A DNA stretch of 64,000 nt from an uncultured Porticoccus sp. (lineage in GTDB: Bacteria > Pseudomonadota > Gammaproteobacteria > Pseudomonadales > Porticoccaceae): the NCBI GenBank assembly GCA_963925605.1, contig CAWURY010000002.1, positions 583 through 64,582 of the forward strand, given 5' to 3'. The first letter of the stretch is position 1; the number at the start of each line of letters is the position of its first letter. The position numbers were made by a program, and so were the translations under genes. Shown here piece by piece: positions 63,811 to 64,000 of this stretch. The notes under the pieces are model-generated. The model did not search any database. It was not told the DNA's origin and saw only the letters and a program-made list of their open reading frames with translations.

Positions 63811-64000
63811 TCAACCACCAGAGTAACGCCTGTTGATGTTCTCAACTGCTGAGCGGTATTTAGGCATCACTTCCTCAGCGTTTGTAATATTTACCCCTAA
63901 GTCTTTTAGCAGCCCGTCCGTCATGTTGTAAATCCAACCATGGATCGTCAGTTCTTGTCCGCGGCCCCATGCGTCTAAAACAACACTGGTCCTGGAAACA
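63811..64000 (-). CDS. can: Beta-carbonic anhydrase, C-terminal part (partial at right edge)
   Basis: Manual translation: VSRTSVVLDAWGRGQELTIHGWIYNMTDGLLKDLG...SGG*. Confidence 0.85.
   Translation of the reverse strand, partial: VSRTSVVLDAWGRGQELTIHGWIYNMTDGLLKDLGVNITNAEEVMPKYRSAVENINRRYSGG

Overview
AT-rich gammaproteobacterial core-genome window. Gene order and protein style are Pseudomonas/Cellvibrionales-like, and a Porticoccaceae/SAR92-type relative is an inference. Contents in order: LPS core cluster (tandem kinase-waaP-waaG-waaC-waaF) with ilvE; argA; a decayed ilvD; folA-thyA-lgt-ptsP-rppH; mrcB with an LpoP-like lipoprotein; PCuAC/dsbD; aroQ-accBC-prmA-dusB-fis-purHD; coq7; a LysR gene; osmC-like-trpCDGE-rpe; ubiD; fabY with a divergent GlxA-type AraC regulator; a PilJ-like MCP; gshB-yqgF-yggS-proC-yggT; rph-yicC-gmk-rpoZ-spoT-ridA; oxyR-recG-ubiCA-phoBR; yaaA; and the 3' end of a beta-carbonic anhydrase. 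I saw no mobile elements, CRISPR arrays, tRNAs or rRNAs. Most interesting: (1) a candidate ~110-nt small RNA divergent from the LysR gene, with a LysR operator, sigma70 promoter, 5' stem-loop, anti-Shine-Dalgarno-like segment and terminator; (2) an intact but orphan PilJ homologue lacking its periplasmic sensor, with pilGHI/chpA, pilT/U and crp/vfr absent from their usual loci; (3) an ilvD pseudogene; (4) OxyR lacking Cys208; (5) yqgF apparently starting at ATT. Together these suggest reductive evolution. All assignments come from motif recognition by eye, and no database searches were run.
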